From Parcubacteria group bacterium (GTDB lineage Bacteria > Patescibacteriota > Minisyncoccia > JACPHC01), in the NCBI GenBank assembly GCA_016188775.1, contig JACPHC010000001.1, forward strand, positions 45,519 through 109,518: a stretch of 64,000 bases of DNA, written 5' to 3'. This document shows positions 1 through 9,188 of the stretch, piece by piece (position 1 is the stretch's first letter; the number at the start of each line of letters is the position of its first letter). A model generated the notes under the pieces. It searched no databases, was not told the DNA's origin, and saw only the letters and a list, made by a program, of their open reading frames with translations. The translations under genes and the position numbers were made by a program.

Positions 1-1
1 A

Positions 2-190
2 ATGCGGGAAAAAGGCGGCGTTAAAAAAATAAAAGGCGGAGAAAAAGATTGCCCTCATCTTTGGGACGATCTTAAAGGAGAGCTGGAAATTCAACTTTTA
101 TCTGATTTCCAAGAAGACATTAAAGCTTTTTTAGCCGCTAAAGCGCTTTGGGAATGGGAAAATTCTTATTGGTTGAAACAAATTATTTGA
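2..190 (+). CDS. hypothetical protein, 5'-truncated at window edge
   Basis: Open frame from the window start to a TGA at 188-190. No recognisable motif. It overlaps a possible 51-aa minus-strand membrane ORF at 187-338. Confidence 0.25.
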   Translation: MREKGGVKKIKGGEKDCPHLWDDLKGELEIQLLSDFQEDIKAFLAAKALWEWENSYWLKQII

Positions 191-338
191 TTTTTTCAAT
201 TGTTATAGGTTCTGTTGGCGGATTGGGCGCGGTTAATCGGCCCAATCCAAAACTGGCAAGAGCGATTAAAATAATACCGGCCAAAAGAATTAAATCATCT
301 TTATTGCTCTTGAAAAGATTTATTAATTTTGTTAGCAT
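187..338 (-). CDS. possible small membrane protein (51 aa), below the ORF-track threshold
   Basis: I translated ATG(338) to TAA(184-186) as MLTKLINLFKSNKDDLILLAGIILIALASFGLGRLTAPNPPTEPITIEKIK. It contains one hydrophobic helix. No homology assessed. Confidence 0.2.
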
Positions 339-360
339 AATTTTAGATATATTTTCTAGT

Positions 361-456
361 TAAATAAATATCTTAAAAATTTTTTGAGGTCGAGGCACTT
401 TAATGAAATTATATAATCCGCCGAGGGTACCTAAAAATTTTTAAGATATTTATTTA
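361..456. repeat. 24-bp perfect inverted repeat with a 48-nt spacer, in the rpmA upstream region
   Basis: TAAATAAATATCTTAAAAATTTTT at 361-384 is the exact reverse complement of 433-456. A GC-richer 48-nt spacer lies between the arms. Confidence 0.8.
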
Positions 457-518
457 GATATTTTTATCATTAATTTATTATAAAAATAAATAAAATTAAT
501 TTGTAAATTTCAATAGTT

Positions 519-797
519 ATGGCAAAGACTAAACAAGGAGGTTCAACCAGTCTCGGACGGGATTCAGTTTCAAAACGATTAGGCGTTAAACTTTTTGACG
601 GTCAGATCGCTAACGCCGGCGCTGTTATTATTCGCCAACGCGGCACTAAATATATGGCTGGCGTCAATGTCAGGCGCGGCGAAGACGATACTTTATACGC
701 CGTTCGAGCGGGTCGGATTCGTTTTGAAAAAAAATGGCGCAAACGTTTTGACAATAAAAGTCGTCAAGTCTCTTTTGTGAGTATCATTCCGGAATAA
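519..797 (+). CDS. rpmA: 50S ribosomal protein L27
   Basis: 92 aa. The N-terminus [16 protein letters not shown]...KRLGVK...IIRQRGTK...AG.NV is the classic L27 signature. The C-terminus FVSIIPE resembles E. coli FISIEAE. Confidence 0.95.
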   Translation: MAKTKQGGSTSLGRDSVSKRLGVKLFDGQIANAGAVIIRQRGTKYMAGVNVRRGEDDTLYAVRAGRIRFEKKWRKRFDNKSRQVSFVSIIPE

Positions 798-1227
798 CCG
801 AAATAATAATTTCGGCTTCCAATCCGTGATCAAATCTAATCGCGACGGAAAATTCTCCGATTTCTTTAATCGGAGAATTTAATTTAATTTGCTTCGAATC
901 AATTTTAATTCCGTCTTTTTCCAGAATTTCCGCTATTTTTTCTTTGGAAATTGAGCCGTAAATTTTATCGTCTTTAGTAATTTTCGCGGGAATAACTATC
1001 TCTCGGCCATCGATTTTTTCCGCCAAAATTTCTATTTTTTTAAGTTCATTTTCAGCTTTTGTTTCTTCGTTTTTTTTAATCGTCTCTATTTTAGCGACGG
1101 CGTCTGAATTAGCCGGTTTTGCCAATTCTTGCGGAATAAGAAAATTTTGAGCGTAACCGTCGGCCACTTTTTTAATGTCGTATTTTTTACCGAGATTTTT
1201 TATGTCTTTAAGCAATATAACTTGCAT
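784..1227 (-). CDS. rplI: 50S ribosomal protein L9
   Basis: 147 aa. [33 protein letters not shown] matches the L9 N-domain. A C-terminal domain follows. It overlaps rpmA convergently by 14 nt. Confidence 0.9.
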   Translation of the reverse strand: MQVILLKDIKNLGKKYDIKKVADGYAQNFLIPQELAKPANSDAVAKIETIKKNEETKAENELKKIEILAEKIDGREIVIPAKITKDDKIYGSISKEKIAEILEKDGIKIDSKQIKLNSPIKEIGEFSVAIRFDHGLEAEIIISVIPE

Positions 1228-1379
1228 ACCCAGTAAGACAACTTCGAAAAGTTGCTTTTGTTTAATTTAATAATAAATTTCTTTTTATAATTAATCATCT
1301 TTATTTATTATGCCCTCTCTTTTTAATTTAGCGCAACTTGGAAATTAAACATTCGAAGTTGCTCTACTGGGCATAATTT

Positions 1380-2594
1380 TTATAACGACTTAAGTATTTC
1401 TTTGGCTTTATCAAGTTGCGGATCTTTATCTTGTTCAATATCTTCGGCTTTTCTTTCAATTTTAATATCCGGTTCGAGTCCGTCGTCCATTATTGAACGC
1501 CCCGACGGAGTCAACCAGCGGGCAATAGTTATTTTTAAAGTTGCCCCCTCTTTGGAAAGATTATCAATTTCTTGCACCGAACCTTTTCCGAAACTTTTTT
1601 CTCCGATTAATTTTATGCCGTTTATGTCGCGAAGAGCGCCGGCTAAAATTTCAGAGGCCGAAGCCGTGCCTTGATTTATTAAAACAATCATAGGTGTTTT
1701 TTGAAGTTTTGCCGGGCCTCTTGAATGAAGCGATTGGGTATTTTTTCCGCCAAAATCTTCGGTCACCACTGTTTTTCCTCTTTCAATAAACCAACCGGCT
1801 ATACCCACCGACGTTTCTAAAAACCCGCCCGGATTATTTCTTAAATCAAGAATGATTTTATCGGATCCGGAAGAAATGAATTCGCCAATCGCCTTGTTAA
1901 ATTCCGAGGAAGCGTTGGCGGAAAAATTATAAAGAGCTATATAAAATAGGCCATTTTCCAGCTTTTCAAATTTAATCACCGGAATTTTAATATTATCTCT
2001 TGTAATTTTATATTCTTTAGTCTCGTGATCTTTTCGTGCGATTAAAAGATTTACTTCCGTTCCTCGTTCGCCTCGAATTCTAGAAACCGCCTCATCAAGG
2101 GCCATATCGATCGTGTCTTCGTTGTTGATTTTTAAAATTTTATCCCCGGCTAAAAGGCCCGCTTTTTCCGCCGGAGTGTCCTTTAAGGGCGTAATAATCA
2201 ATAAAGAGCCTTTGCGAATGCCGATTTCGGCTCCAATGCCGGAAAAGCTCCCCTGAACGTCGTCTTGAAATCGTTTTGATTCTTTCGGCGTCATAAAAAC
2301 CGTGTAAGGGTCGTCCAGGGATTTTATCAGTCCGGCGATTGCTCCCTCAACCATCTTATCGCGATTTAAATCCTCTCTTTTTATATGTTTTTCTTCCAAT
2401 TTTTGCCAAACTTCCCAAAAAAGTCCAAAATCAACATTAGTCGGTTTTCCCGATTCTTTATTTTCTACAATTAAAACCCGTTCTTTTGGTTTTTCTTGTT
2501 TTAGATCGTTATAATAAATGCCCGCCTTAAACGATCCGATTATTAGAAAAATTGTTATTAAAAAAAATAGAAAATTTTTGGCAAATTTTTTCAT
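1380..2594 (-). CDS. S41-family C-terminal processing (tail-specific) peptidase with PDZ domain, N-terminal TM anchor
   Basis: 404 aa. PDZ-like segment GIGAEIGIRKGSLLIITPLKDTPAEKAGLLAGDKIL. S41 catalytic region LINQGTASASEILAGAL. N-terminal hydrophobic helix. Confidence 0.85.
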   Translation of the reverse strand: MKKFAKNFLFFLITIFLIIGSFKAGIYYNDLKQEKPKERVLIVENKESGKPTNVDFGLFWEVWQKLEEKHIKREDLNRDKMVEGAIAGLIKSLDDPYTVFMTPKESKRFQDDVQGSFSGIGAEIGIRKGSLLIITPLKDTPAEKAGLLAGDKILKINNEDTIDMALDEAVSRIRGERGTEVNLLIARKDHETKEYKITRDNIKIPVIKFEKLENGLFYIALYNFSANASSEFNKAIGEFISSGSDKIILDLRNNPGGFLETSVGIAGWFIERGKTVVTEDFGGKNTQSLHSRGPAKLQKTPMIVLINQGTASASEILAGALRDINGIKLIGEKSFGKGSVQEIDNLSKEGATLKITIARWLTPSGRSIMDDGLEPDIKIERKAEDIEQDKDPQLDKAKEILKSL

Positions 2595-2856
2595 CGTTTT
2601 CCATATTTTCGCAAAAATTTCTCGTTAAGTCAATTAAAATTAGTATTTGAAATAAAACTAATTTTAAGGTATTCTAATTTAGTTAAGACCTTTTGTATAA
2701 TAATTTTCCGTTACGAAATTCTGTTTTTTCGAGCGAAAACAACGAAGAGCGAGGAAATGAATACAAAGTATTCATTGACGAGCGATGAATCGCGTGCAGT
2801 CGAAAAAGCAGAATTGCAGTAGAAAATATTATTACGCAAGAGGTCTATAGAATCAA

Positions 2857-3315
2857 ATGGCAAAAAAAACGCCCATCAGGCGTCAAGTAAAAAAATCAAG
2901 AAAAAAAGGGGGTGAAAATGAACTGACTTCGATTCAGGGCATAGTTCATTATTTTTTCAAACTTAAAGGCTGGGATTATGAAAAAAACAAAAAACATCTG
3001 GGTCCGGTTTTTCGAAGATATCTGCGGCCAGCCAAAGAACTTTTGAAGCTGACGAATAATAATTCAGAGAAAGCTAAACGATATTTGGATATCATCAAAA
3101 GATGGGCCGAGGCTACCGGCTTGGAATGGTCCTTAGAAACTGTTTTTAAACGTTGGTTTGACATTATTAACGAACGCCTGCCCCAAGAAAAAATAAAAAA
3201 ACCGTATTACCTGGAAAATCCAATGCGGAAAGGAATTGATCAAAAATGGCGGATTTTTGTGGATGGCGAATGGAAAATTTTTGCCGGCAAAGAATCGGAA
3301 ATTGAATGGAAATAA
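2857..3315 (+). CDS. hypothetical basic protein
   Basis: 152-aa ORF ending 8 nt before def. Lys/Arg-rich N-terminus. No motif recognised. Confidence 0.5.
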   Translation: MAKKTPIRRQVKKSRKKGGENELTSIQGIVHYFFKLKGWDYEKNKKHLGPVFRRYLRPAKELLKLTNNNSEKAKRYLDIIKRWAEATGLEWSLETVFKRWFDIINERLPQEKIKKPYYLENPMRKGIDQKWRIFVDGEWKIFAGKESEIEWK

Positions 3316-3322
3316 AAAATTT

Positions 3323-3802
3323 ATGGTCAGAGAAATTTTAAAAGAGCCCAACCCCCTGCTTCGGAAAAAATCCGAGGCTGTTTTAGATGCCAGCAAAAAA
3401 GAAATTCAAGATTTAATTTCAGACATGAAAGAAACTATGAAAAAAGCCGAAGGAGTGGGACTGGCCGCGCCTCAAATCGGGATTAATTTAAGAGTGGCGG
3501 TTATGGAAGTCAATCAGCATTCCTACGTTATTATTAATCCGGAAATTAAAAAACTTTCCAATGAAAAAATAATATCCGAGGAAGGATGCCTTTCCGTGCC
3601 CGACATTTGGGGTTTGGTGGAGCGTTCAAAAAAAATTATCATTAAAGGACAAAATGAGAAAGGCGAATTTGTGAAAATTTACGGCTCCGGATTGCTCGCT
3701 CGGGTAATTCAGCACGAACTGGATCATTTAAACGGTATTTTATTTATTGATAAGACCGCCAAAATTTCAAAAATTCAAAAAAGAGAGGCGGTTGAATTAT
3801 GA
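3323..3802 (+). CDS. def: peptide deformylase
   Basis: PDF motifs GVGLAAPQIG, EGCLSVPD and QHELDHLNG (metal ligands). I chose the internal ATG at 3323 (MVREILKEPNPLLRKKS) rather than the ORF-track start at 3236. Confidence 0.9.
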   Translation: MVREILKEPNPLLRKKSEAVLDASKKEIQDLISDMKETMKKAEGVGLAAPQIGINLRVAVMEVNQHSYVIINPEIKKLSNEKIISEEGCLSVPDIWGLVERSKKIIIKGQNEKGEFVKIYGSGLLARVIQHELDHLNGILFIDKTAKISKIQKREAVEL

Positions 3803-4815
3803 ACCCCGTTAGAAATTTTGGTTATATGTTTAAAAATTATAAAAATAATATCACAAAACAGATTTCTAAGGGGGTGAAAATAATTTTTTTTGGAACATCG
3901 GAGTTTGCCGCGCCAATGCTTGAGACGCTTATAAAAAGCGAAAAATATTTGATTTCGGCGGTTACGGCGCCGGACAGTCCGGCTGGCCGCCAAAAAGTTA
4001 TCACTGCTTCGCCGATTAAAAGTCTGGCTCAAAAATTTAACCTCGATATTATTCAGGAGGAAAATATTAAAAATCCGAATTTTATTCAAAAAATAAAAGA
4101 TTTAAAACCGGATTTAATTGTAATTGTGGCTTTCGGAAAAATTATTCCTCAAGAAATTATCAATATCCCGCGATTTGGAGCGTTAAATATTCATCCCTCT
4201 CTTTTGCCGAAATATCGCGGCCCCTCCCCCATTCAAAATGCCATTTTAAACGGCGAGTCTAAAACAGGAGTGAGTTTTATGATGATTGATCAAGAAATGG
4301 ATCACGGGCCGATTCTGACTCAATTTGAAGCGTTGATAAATCATAATGATGATTATTTAAAATTAAGTTTCAAGTTAAGCGAATTGGCGAAAAATAAAAT
4401 TATTAATGTTCTTGAAGATTATTTAAACGGCCGAATTCAGCCTCAAAATCAAGATCACGAAAAAGCCACTTTTACCAAAATTTTAAAAAGAGAAGACGGT
4501 TTAATTGATTGGTCGCGTCGAGCAAATTTTATTGAACGGCAAATTCGCGCTTATGAGCCTTGGCCCGGCGTCTTTACTTTTTTTAAAAAAAATGATAAAA
4601 AAATTAGGTTAAAAATTTTGGAAACGAAGATACGCGAAGGAAACGGAGAAACTCCGGGTTTGGTTAATAAAACGGATAACGGGTTTGAAATAAAAACTGG
4701 AAAAGATTGGCTGATAATTTTAAAAGTTCAGCCGGAAAGTTCAAGAATTATGAGCGCTCAAGAGTTTCTTCGCGGTTATCCTAAAATAATCGGACAAAAT
4801 TTGACTAAAAATTAG
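3799..4815 (+). CDS. fmt: methionyl-tRNA formyltransferase
   Basis: IIFFGTSEFAAP, the formyl-transferase core NIHPSLLPKYRGPSPIQNAILNGE, and a C-terminal Fmt domain. The true start is probably the internal GTG near 3874, which is preceded by AAGGGGG. The def-fmt operon arrangement is canonical. Confidence 0.9.
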   Translation: MNPVRNFGYMFKNYKNNITKQISKGVKIIFFGTSEFAAPMLETLIKSEKYLISAVTAPDSPAGRQKVITASPIKSLAQKFNLDIIQEENIKNPNFIQKIKDLKPDLIVIVAFGKIIPQEIINIPRFGALNIHPSLLPKYRGPSPIQNAILNGESKTGVSFMMIDQEMDHGPILTQFEALINHNDDYLKLSFKLSELAKNKIINVLEDYLNGRIQPQNQDHEKATFTKILKREDGLIDWSRRANFIERQIRAYEPWPGVFTFFKKNDKKIRLKILETKIREGNGETPGLVNKTDNGFEIKTGKDWLIILKVQPESSRIMSAQEFLRGYPKIIGQNLTKN

Positions 4816-4831
4816 TAATTATAAATTATTT

Positions 4832-5404
4832 ATGTTATCGCCTTCTGATTTAAAAATCGGAACTCTTTTTATTATAGACAACGAGCCCTATGAGGTTTTA
4901 GATTCGCGGCACGTTCTTTTGGGTCGAGGCCGAGGGCATTATGAAATCAGAATAAAAAATTTAAAAACCGGCGCTGTTTTCCAAAAAAGTTTTAGAACCG
5001 CTGATTCTTTTCCTGAAGCTGATATTAACTATCGCTCAATAAAATATCTCTATAATCATCGAAATGAATTTTGGTTTTCTGATCCAAATAAACCATCGGA
5101 ACGGTTTTTTTTATCGGAAGAAAAAATCGGCGATTTAAAAAAATTTTTAAAGACAAACGCGATGATTGAGGCGGTAATATTCAATAATGAAATTATTAAT
5201 ATTGATTTGCCGATTAAAATGGATTTTAAAGTCATTGAAGCTCCGCCGGGCGTTCGCGGGGACAGTTCCAAATCCGGCGCCAAAGTCGTTAAAATAGAAA
5301 CCGGCGCGGAAATTAACGCCCCGTTATTTATTGAAGAAGGCGATGTAATTAAGATAAACACTCAAAGCGGCCAGTACGTAGAACGAGTGGAAAAAAGAAA
5401 ATAA
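4832..5404 (+). CDS. efp: elongation factor P
   Basis: 190 aa with the three-domain EF-P layout. The modified-loop region reads LLGRGRGHYEIRIKNLKTG, with Arg where E. coli has KPGKG. Confidence 0.85.
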   Translation: MLSPSDLKIGTLFIIDNEPYEVLDSRHVLLGRGRGHYEIRIKNLKTGAVFQKSFRTADSFPEADINYRSIKYLYNHRNEFWFSDPNKPSERFFLSEEKIGDLKKFLKTNAMIEAVIFNNEIINIDLPIKMDFKVIEAPPGVRGDSSKSGAKVVKIETGAEINAPLFIEEGDVIKINTQSGQYVERVEKRK

Positions 5405-5429
5405 AAAAACAAGCCAAATTTAATTCCAT

Positions 5430-5461
5430 TTCCAATATACCAGTATACTGGTATATTGGAA
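5430..5461. repeat. 32-bp perfect palindrome
   Basis: TTCCAATATACCAGTATACTGGTATATTGGAA is its own reverse complement. It sits between the convergent efp and the MetY-like gene. Confidence 0.85.
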
Positions 5462-5470
5462 AAAATAAAA

Positions 5471-5500
5471 ACCCTCGTTGAAGAGGGCTTTAGTTTATAA
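5471..5500. terminator. bidirectional rho-independent terminator (efp + / MetY-like -)
   Basis: CCCTC-GTTGAA-GAGGG hairpin flanked by A-runs upstream and T-runs downstream. On the minus strand it gives the hairpin followed by UUUUUAUUUUUU. Confidence 0.55.
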
Positions 5501-5511
5501 ACAAATCGCAA

Positions 5512-6720
5512 TTAAATTTTATCTAAAGCTTGATTGATGTCGTTTATAATATCTATCCAGCTTTCAAGGCCGATAGACAGCCTCACTGTTGTTTCGAGAA
5601 TGCCGAGATTTTTTTTACTTTCCTCATCAACGTATTGATGAGTGGTGGTTGCCGGATGAATGGCTAACGTTCTCGCGTCTCCGAGATTAGCCGCTTGATA
5701 AATTAATTCCAAACTATCAAGAAATTTTCTGGCTTGTTCTTCTTCGCCTTTGACATCAAAAGAAAAAAGAGCGCCGACCCCATTTTTCATTTGTTTTTGA
5801 GCGAGATCGTAATAAGGACTATCGGAAAAACCGGAAAAATTCACTCTCTCCACCTTTGGATGATTTTTAAGATGAGAAGCGATTTTTAAAGCGTTTTGAC
5901 AATGAGCTTTCATTCTCAACGGCAAGGTTTCTAAGCTCTTATTCAATTTAGCCGCGTTTTCCGGAGTCATGCTTGGCCTGGTTTCCCGGAAAATTCCCCG
6001 CCTTAATTCATCAATATGATATTTTTTACCTAAAATTATTCCGCCAAAAGCGGATCCGTTGCCGGAAATATATTTAGTCGCCGAATGAATCACGAAATCC
6101 GCTCCGTATTGAATCGGATTAAGCAACATTGGAGTAGCTAAAGTGCTGTCAACAATTAAAGGAATACGGCGATATTTTTGCCCTATTTTGGCTATATTTT
6201 TTAAAAGCAGAAAATCCACCAAATCCGAATTTGGATTGGTGGGGGTTTCAATAAAGAGAAATTTGGTTTTATAGTTAATACGAGCCAGCCATTCACCGGG
6301 ATTGTTGGGGTCTTCGACAAAATTAGCTTTAATGCCTTGTTTGGGCAAAAATTCGGAAAAAAGATGGAATGTTCCTCCGTACACTTTTTTGGAAGAGACG
6401 ATTTCATCACCTTCCTTGACTAAATATTTTGTCAGCAAAGAGATTGCCGCCATGCCCGTGGATGTGGCTAGACCAGCCTCGGCTTCTTCCAAAGCCGCCA
6501 TTTTTTCTTCAAAATAAGAAACGGAATCGTTAGTAATTGGACCGTAGATTAAACCCTCTTCTTCCGAAGCGAATAATCTTTCCGCCTCCAAACTGTTCTT
6601 AAACCAGAAAGCCGTTGATTCCTGAATTGGCGGTATTAAAGACCTTTCTTTTTCATTGGGCCGCCATAAACCTCTGACGGCTATAGTTTCTTTTTCAAAA
6701 CCGATTCTTTTCTTTTCCAT
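5512..6720 (-). CDS. PLP-dependent Cys/Met-metabolism enzyme (O-acetylhomoserine sulfhydrylase / cystathionine gamma-synthase family)
   Basis: 402 aa. DFVIHSATKYISGNGSAFGG carries the PLP-lysine motif SxTKY. The trans-sulfuration family fold is visible throughout. Confidence 0.8.
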   Translation of the reverse strand: MEKKRIGFEKETIAVRGLWRPNEKERSLIPPIQESTAFWFKNSLEAERLFASEEEGLIYGPITNDSVSYFEEKMAALEEAEAGLATSTGMAAISLLTKYLVKEGDEIVSSKKVYGGTFHLFSEFLPKQGIKANFVEDPNNPGEWLARINYKTKFLFIETPTNPNSDLVDFLLLKNIAKIGQKYRRIPLIVDSTLATPMLLNPIQYGADFVIHSATKYISGNGSAFGGIILGKKYHIDELRRGIFRETRPSMTPENAAKLNKSLETLPLRMKAHCQNALKIASHLKNHPKVERVNFSGFSDSPYYDLAQKQMKNGVGALFSFDVKGEEEQARKFLDSLELIYQAANLGDARTLAIHPATTTHQYVDEESKKNLGILETTVRLSIGLESWIDIINDINQALDKI

Positions 6721-6816
6721 CCTATCTCCTTTTTCTTTATAATTTTTATTGAATTTTTTTAATGCGCTTTTTAAAAAACTAATTAATTTCTACCATTTTT
6801 TTATTTTTAAGTCAAA

Positions 6817-6854
6817 AATGTACTTATTCACGCTATCGCTTAAATAAGTACATT
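6817..6854 (-). terminator. AT-rich hairpin downstream of the DUF3105 gene
   Basis: 12-bp inverted repeat AATGTACTTATT / AATAAGTACATT with a 14-nt loop. On the minus strand it is followed by UUUUGACUU. The stem is low in GC, so this is only a moderate call. Confidence 0.4.
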
Positions 6855-6882
6855 AAATTCTGTATTTCTAATTTTAGATGTT

Positions 6883-7503
6883 TTATATCGGTGTCGCTTC
6901 CGGGCCTCGATTGCGAAGTTGTTTAATAAAATTAATAATCGCTTTTTCGTCGTAATTATCCAATTTTTGAAGCCGACCCCAAGAGACCAAAGCGATTTTT
7001 GAATCGTTTTGAGGCCGAAAAGTGAAAATTGTTTTCCAGGAATATTTTTTCTGGAGATTCTTTAATTTTTCCATTAAATCCTTATCCGTGTCGTCTTTGT
7101 AGCTAATCCAAACATAGCCGTGTTCAAGATTATGAAGAACTTGTTCGTCCGGCAGCATTGCTTCGTAAAAATCGGCTTGGGCCGGCGTTCCGTAATGCGG
7201 TCCGGAAGTCGGCGGATTGGAATTGTAGGGTTCGTGTTGATCTTTGAGATTAATATGATTTCTTCCCAATTGCGGAATTTCAACTCCAGGCAAATTTTTA
7301 TCCGATGTTTTAGCCCAACGCCAAATCCCCCATCCGACGGCTAAAATAATAGCCAAAATAAAAAATCGCTTGGCCAGTTTTTTGCTTTTTCGTTTCCTTT
7401 CCATCGTCTTTTTTTCTTTCTCTTTTTTTTCTCTTTCTGAATCTTTAAATTCTTTTTTTGATAAAATTTCACTCATCCCATACGAAATAGGACGCGGACG
7501 CAA
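6883..7503 (-). CDS. DUF3105-family membrane-anchored protein
   Basis: Lys/Glu-rich N-terminus, one TM, then the motifs PPTSGPH, HNLEHGYVWISY and SWGRL that are typical of DUF3105. Confidence 0.65.
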   Translation of the reverse strand: MRPRPISYGMSEILSKKEFKDSEREKKEKEKKTMERKRKSKKLAKRFFILAIILAVGWGIWRWAKTSDKNLPGVEIPQLGRNHINLKDQHEPYNSNPPTSGPHYGTPAQADFYEAMLPDEQVLHNLEHGYVWISYKDDTDKDLMEKLKNLQKKYSWKTIFTFRPQNDSKIALVSWGRLQKLDNYDEKAIINFIKQLRNRGPEATPI

Positions 7504-7654
7504 AAAGCATCTCGCGCTCTATTATTATTAATAATAACTTTTAATCTTTTTAGATCAAACATTTTTTTAATTAAGCGTTCGCGATTTCGTACGGGATACA
7601 TGTAAAAAATTAGAATTTAGAATCGTAATTTGAGATTCAAAGCTTTAAAAAATA

Positions 7655-7951
7655 TTAGCCTAATATCCATTTTTTCAGTATATCGTAAGACACTTCGCCG
7701 CAAAGCCCTTCGTTGGTATTTTCATTGACAAAATTTGGCACGCCCAATCCCCCGCCGCAAGCCTCGGATACCGCGACTCCGTATTTTTCTTCCATCATTT
7801 TCGCGTTCGCTTCGGAATGCCAGACTTCGTATTTCTTAATTTCAATGCCCAATTCTTTTTCCAATTTTTCCACGATCGGCGCCATTCGAAGGCAATGCGG
7901 ACACTCTTTCCCGTAAAATTCAATGATTTTTATTTCTTTATTTTCCTTCAT
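7655..7951 (-). CDS. thioredoxin-fold protein (CPHC active site)
   Basis: 98 aa. IEFYGKECPHCLRM is a CxxC motif in thioredoxin-fold context. Confidence 0.75.
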   Translation of the reverse strand: MKENKEIKIIEFYGKECPHCLRMAPIVEKLEKELGIEIKKYEVWHSEANAKMMEEKYGVAVSEACGGGLGVPNFVNENTNEGLCGEVSYDILKKWILG

Positions 7952-8069
7952 CCCGTTAGAAGCAGATCGCGATCGAGATTGATCTGCAAAAATTATTTAT
8001 TTTTATAATTCTGTTATTAATTATATTGTTTATTTTATCCCGCGAAGCGATCGCGGCTTCTGACGGAAT

Positions 8070-8303
8070 TTATTTGATTCCTAAAACCTCGGAAATTTGA
8101 GTCTGATTAAATCCGATAATAAATTTACCGTTGATATCAATAACCGGCACGCCCAGTTGACCCGATCTTTCAACCATTTCTTGTCTTTTTTGAATATCGG
8201 TGGCGACGTTATATTCTTCGTATTCAATATTTTTTTCTTTAAAAAAATCTTTCGCCAATTTGCAGTATTGACAAGTCGGAGTAGTATAAATTTTAACAGA
8301 CAT
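8070..8303 (-). CDS. glutaredoxin / NrdH-like redoxin
   Basis: 77 aa. IYTTPTCQYCKLAKDFF and GQLGVPVIDING are the glutaredoxin signature. Confidence 0.85.
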   Translation of the reverse strand: MSVKIYTTPTCQYCKLAKDFFKEKNIEYEEYNVATDIQKRQEMVERSGQLGVPVIDINGKFIIGFNQTQISEVLGIK

Positions 8304-8317
8304 TTTAAAAATTTTTA

Positions 8318-9097
8318 TTATTTATTATTGGCTTCGACCTTTTTCAAAGCGTCTTCAATGACCAGCGATATAGCGCTGAAAGGCACGGCCCCAACGATCT
8401 TTCTTCCGTTTATAAATGACGTTGGCGTGCCTTCAACTCCGGCCCTTGAGCCGTCTTGAAAATCATTTTCCACCTCGTCTTTATATTTTTTTGAATCCAA
8501 ACAGTCGTTAAATTGTCCGGTATTTAATTCTATTTCTCCGGCCCAATTTTTAATATCGGAAATTGAAAATTGTTGAGTGCTCGCGCCCAATTTATCTTGT
8601 TCTTTAAAAATTTTATCATGCATTTCCCAAAAATTTTCCTGATCTTTGGCGCAATCGGCCGCTTCAGCCGCCAAACGCGCGCCGGGATGAAGGCCATCAA
8701 GAGGAAAATCGCGATAGACGAATTTTAATTTCCCAGTTTCAATATATTGTTCTTTGATTTCAGGCAAATTTTCCCGCCAGAATTTCCGACAAAACGGACA
8801 TTGAAAATCGGAAAAATAAATTAGAGTGACCGGAGCGTTTTCATCTCCCAAAAACGAATCGTCATCGGCGCTGACTTGAATAATCGCGTTTTCGTTTGTT
8901 TTTGTTTCTGTCGGAAGCAAAGCCGCTTTTTCCGATTTTTTATCTCGATTGCTGTAAAAAACAGCTGACGCGATCAACAGGCCGGCAATGACAATCGCCG
9001 CCGGAATCGCGTATTTGCCTTGCTTGTCGTCATCCGTCGCGTTTATTTCAGAAACCGGCGAATTATTTTCCAAATTTTGATTTAATTCTTCCGTCAT
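8318..9097 (-). CDS. DsbA/BdbD-like thiol:disulfide oxidoreductase, membrane-anchored
   Basis: 259 aa. N-terminal TM helix. FSDFQCPFCRKFW is a CPFC active site in a DsbA-like thioredoxin domain. Confidence 0.8.
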   Translation of the reverse strand: MTEELNQNLENNSPVSEINATDDDKQGKYAIPAAIVIAGLLIASAVFYSNRDKKSEKAALLPTETKTNENAIIQVSADDDSFLGDENAPVTLIYFSDFQCPFCRKFWRENLPEIKEQYIETGKLKFVYRDFPLDGLHPGARLAAEAADCAKDQENFWEMHDKIFKEQDKLGASTQQFSISDIKNWAGEIELNTGQFNDCLDSKKYKDEVENDFQDGSRAGVEGTPTSFINGRKIVGAVPFSAISLVIEDALKKVEANNK

Positions 9098-9188
9098 AAT
9101 AGTTTTGTTTTATTCACTATGAAATTATGATATATCAAATTATTAAATTAATCAATGCGCGCTTTAATTTATATTAAATGACCAAATC

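Noticed and set aside
148-363. 71-aa plus-strand ORF
   Set aside because: It overlaps the partial upstream ORF and the inverted repeat, and its translation has no coherent features. The 51-aa minus-strand membrane ORF explains the region better.
7961-7990. Hairpin GCAGATC-N12-GATCTGC between the trx and grx genes as a terminator
   Set aside because: The U-run is on the wrong side for the minus-strand genes that flank it. It may be a weak or plus-strand structure, so it is not called.
8049-8056. HIP1-like octamer GCGATCGC
   Set aside because: A single occurrence. HIP1 is defined by high iteration in cyanobacteria, so this is not meaningful here.
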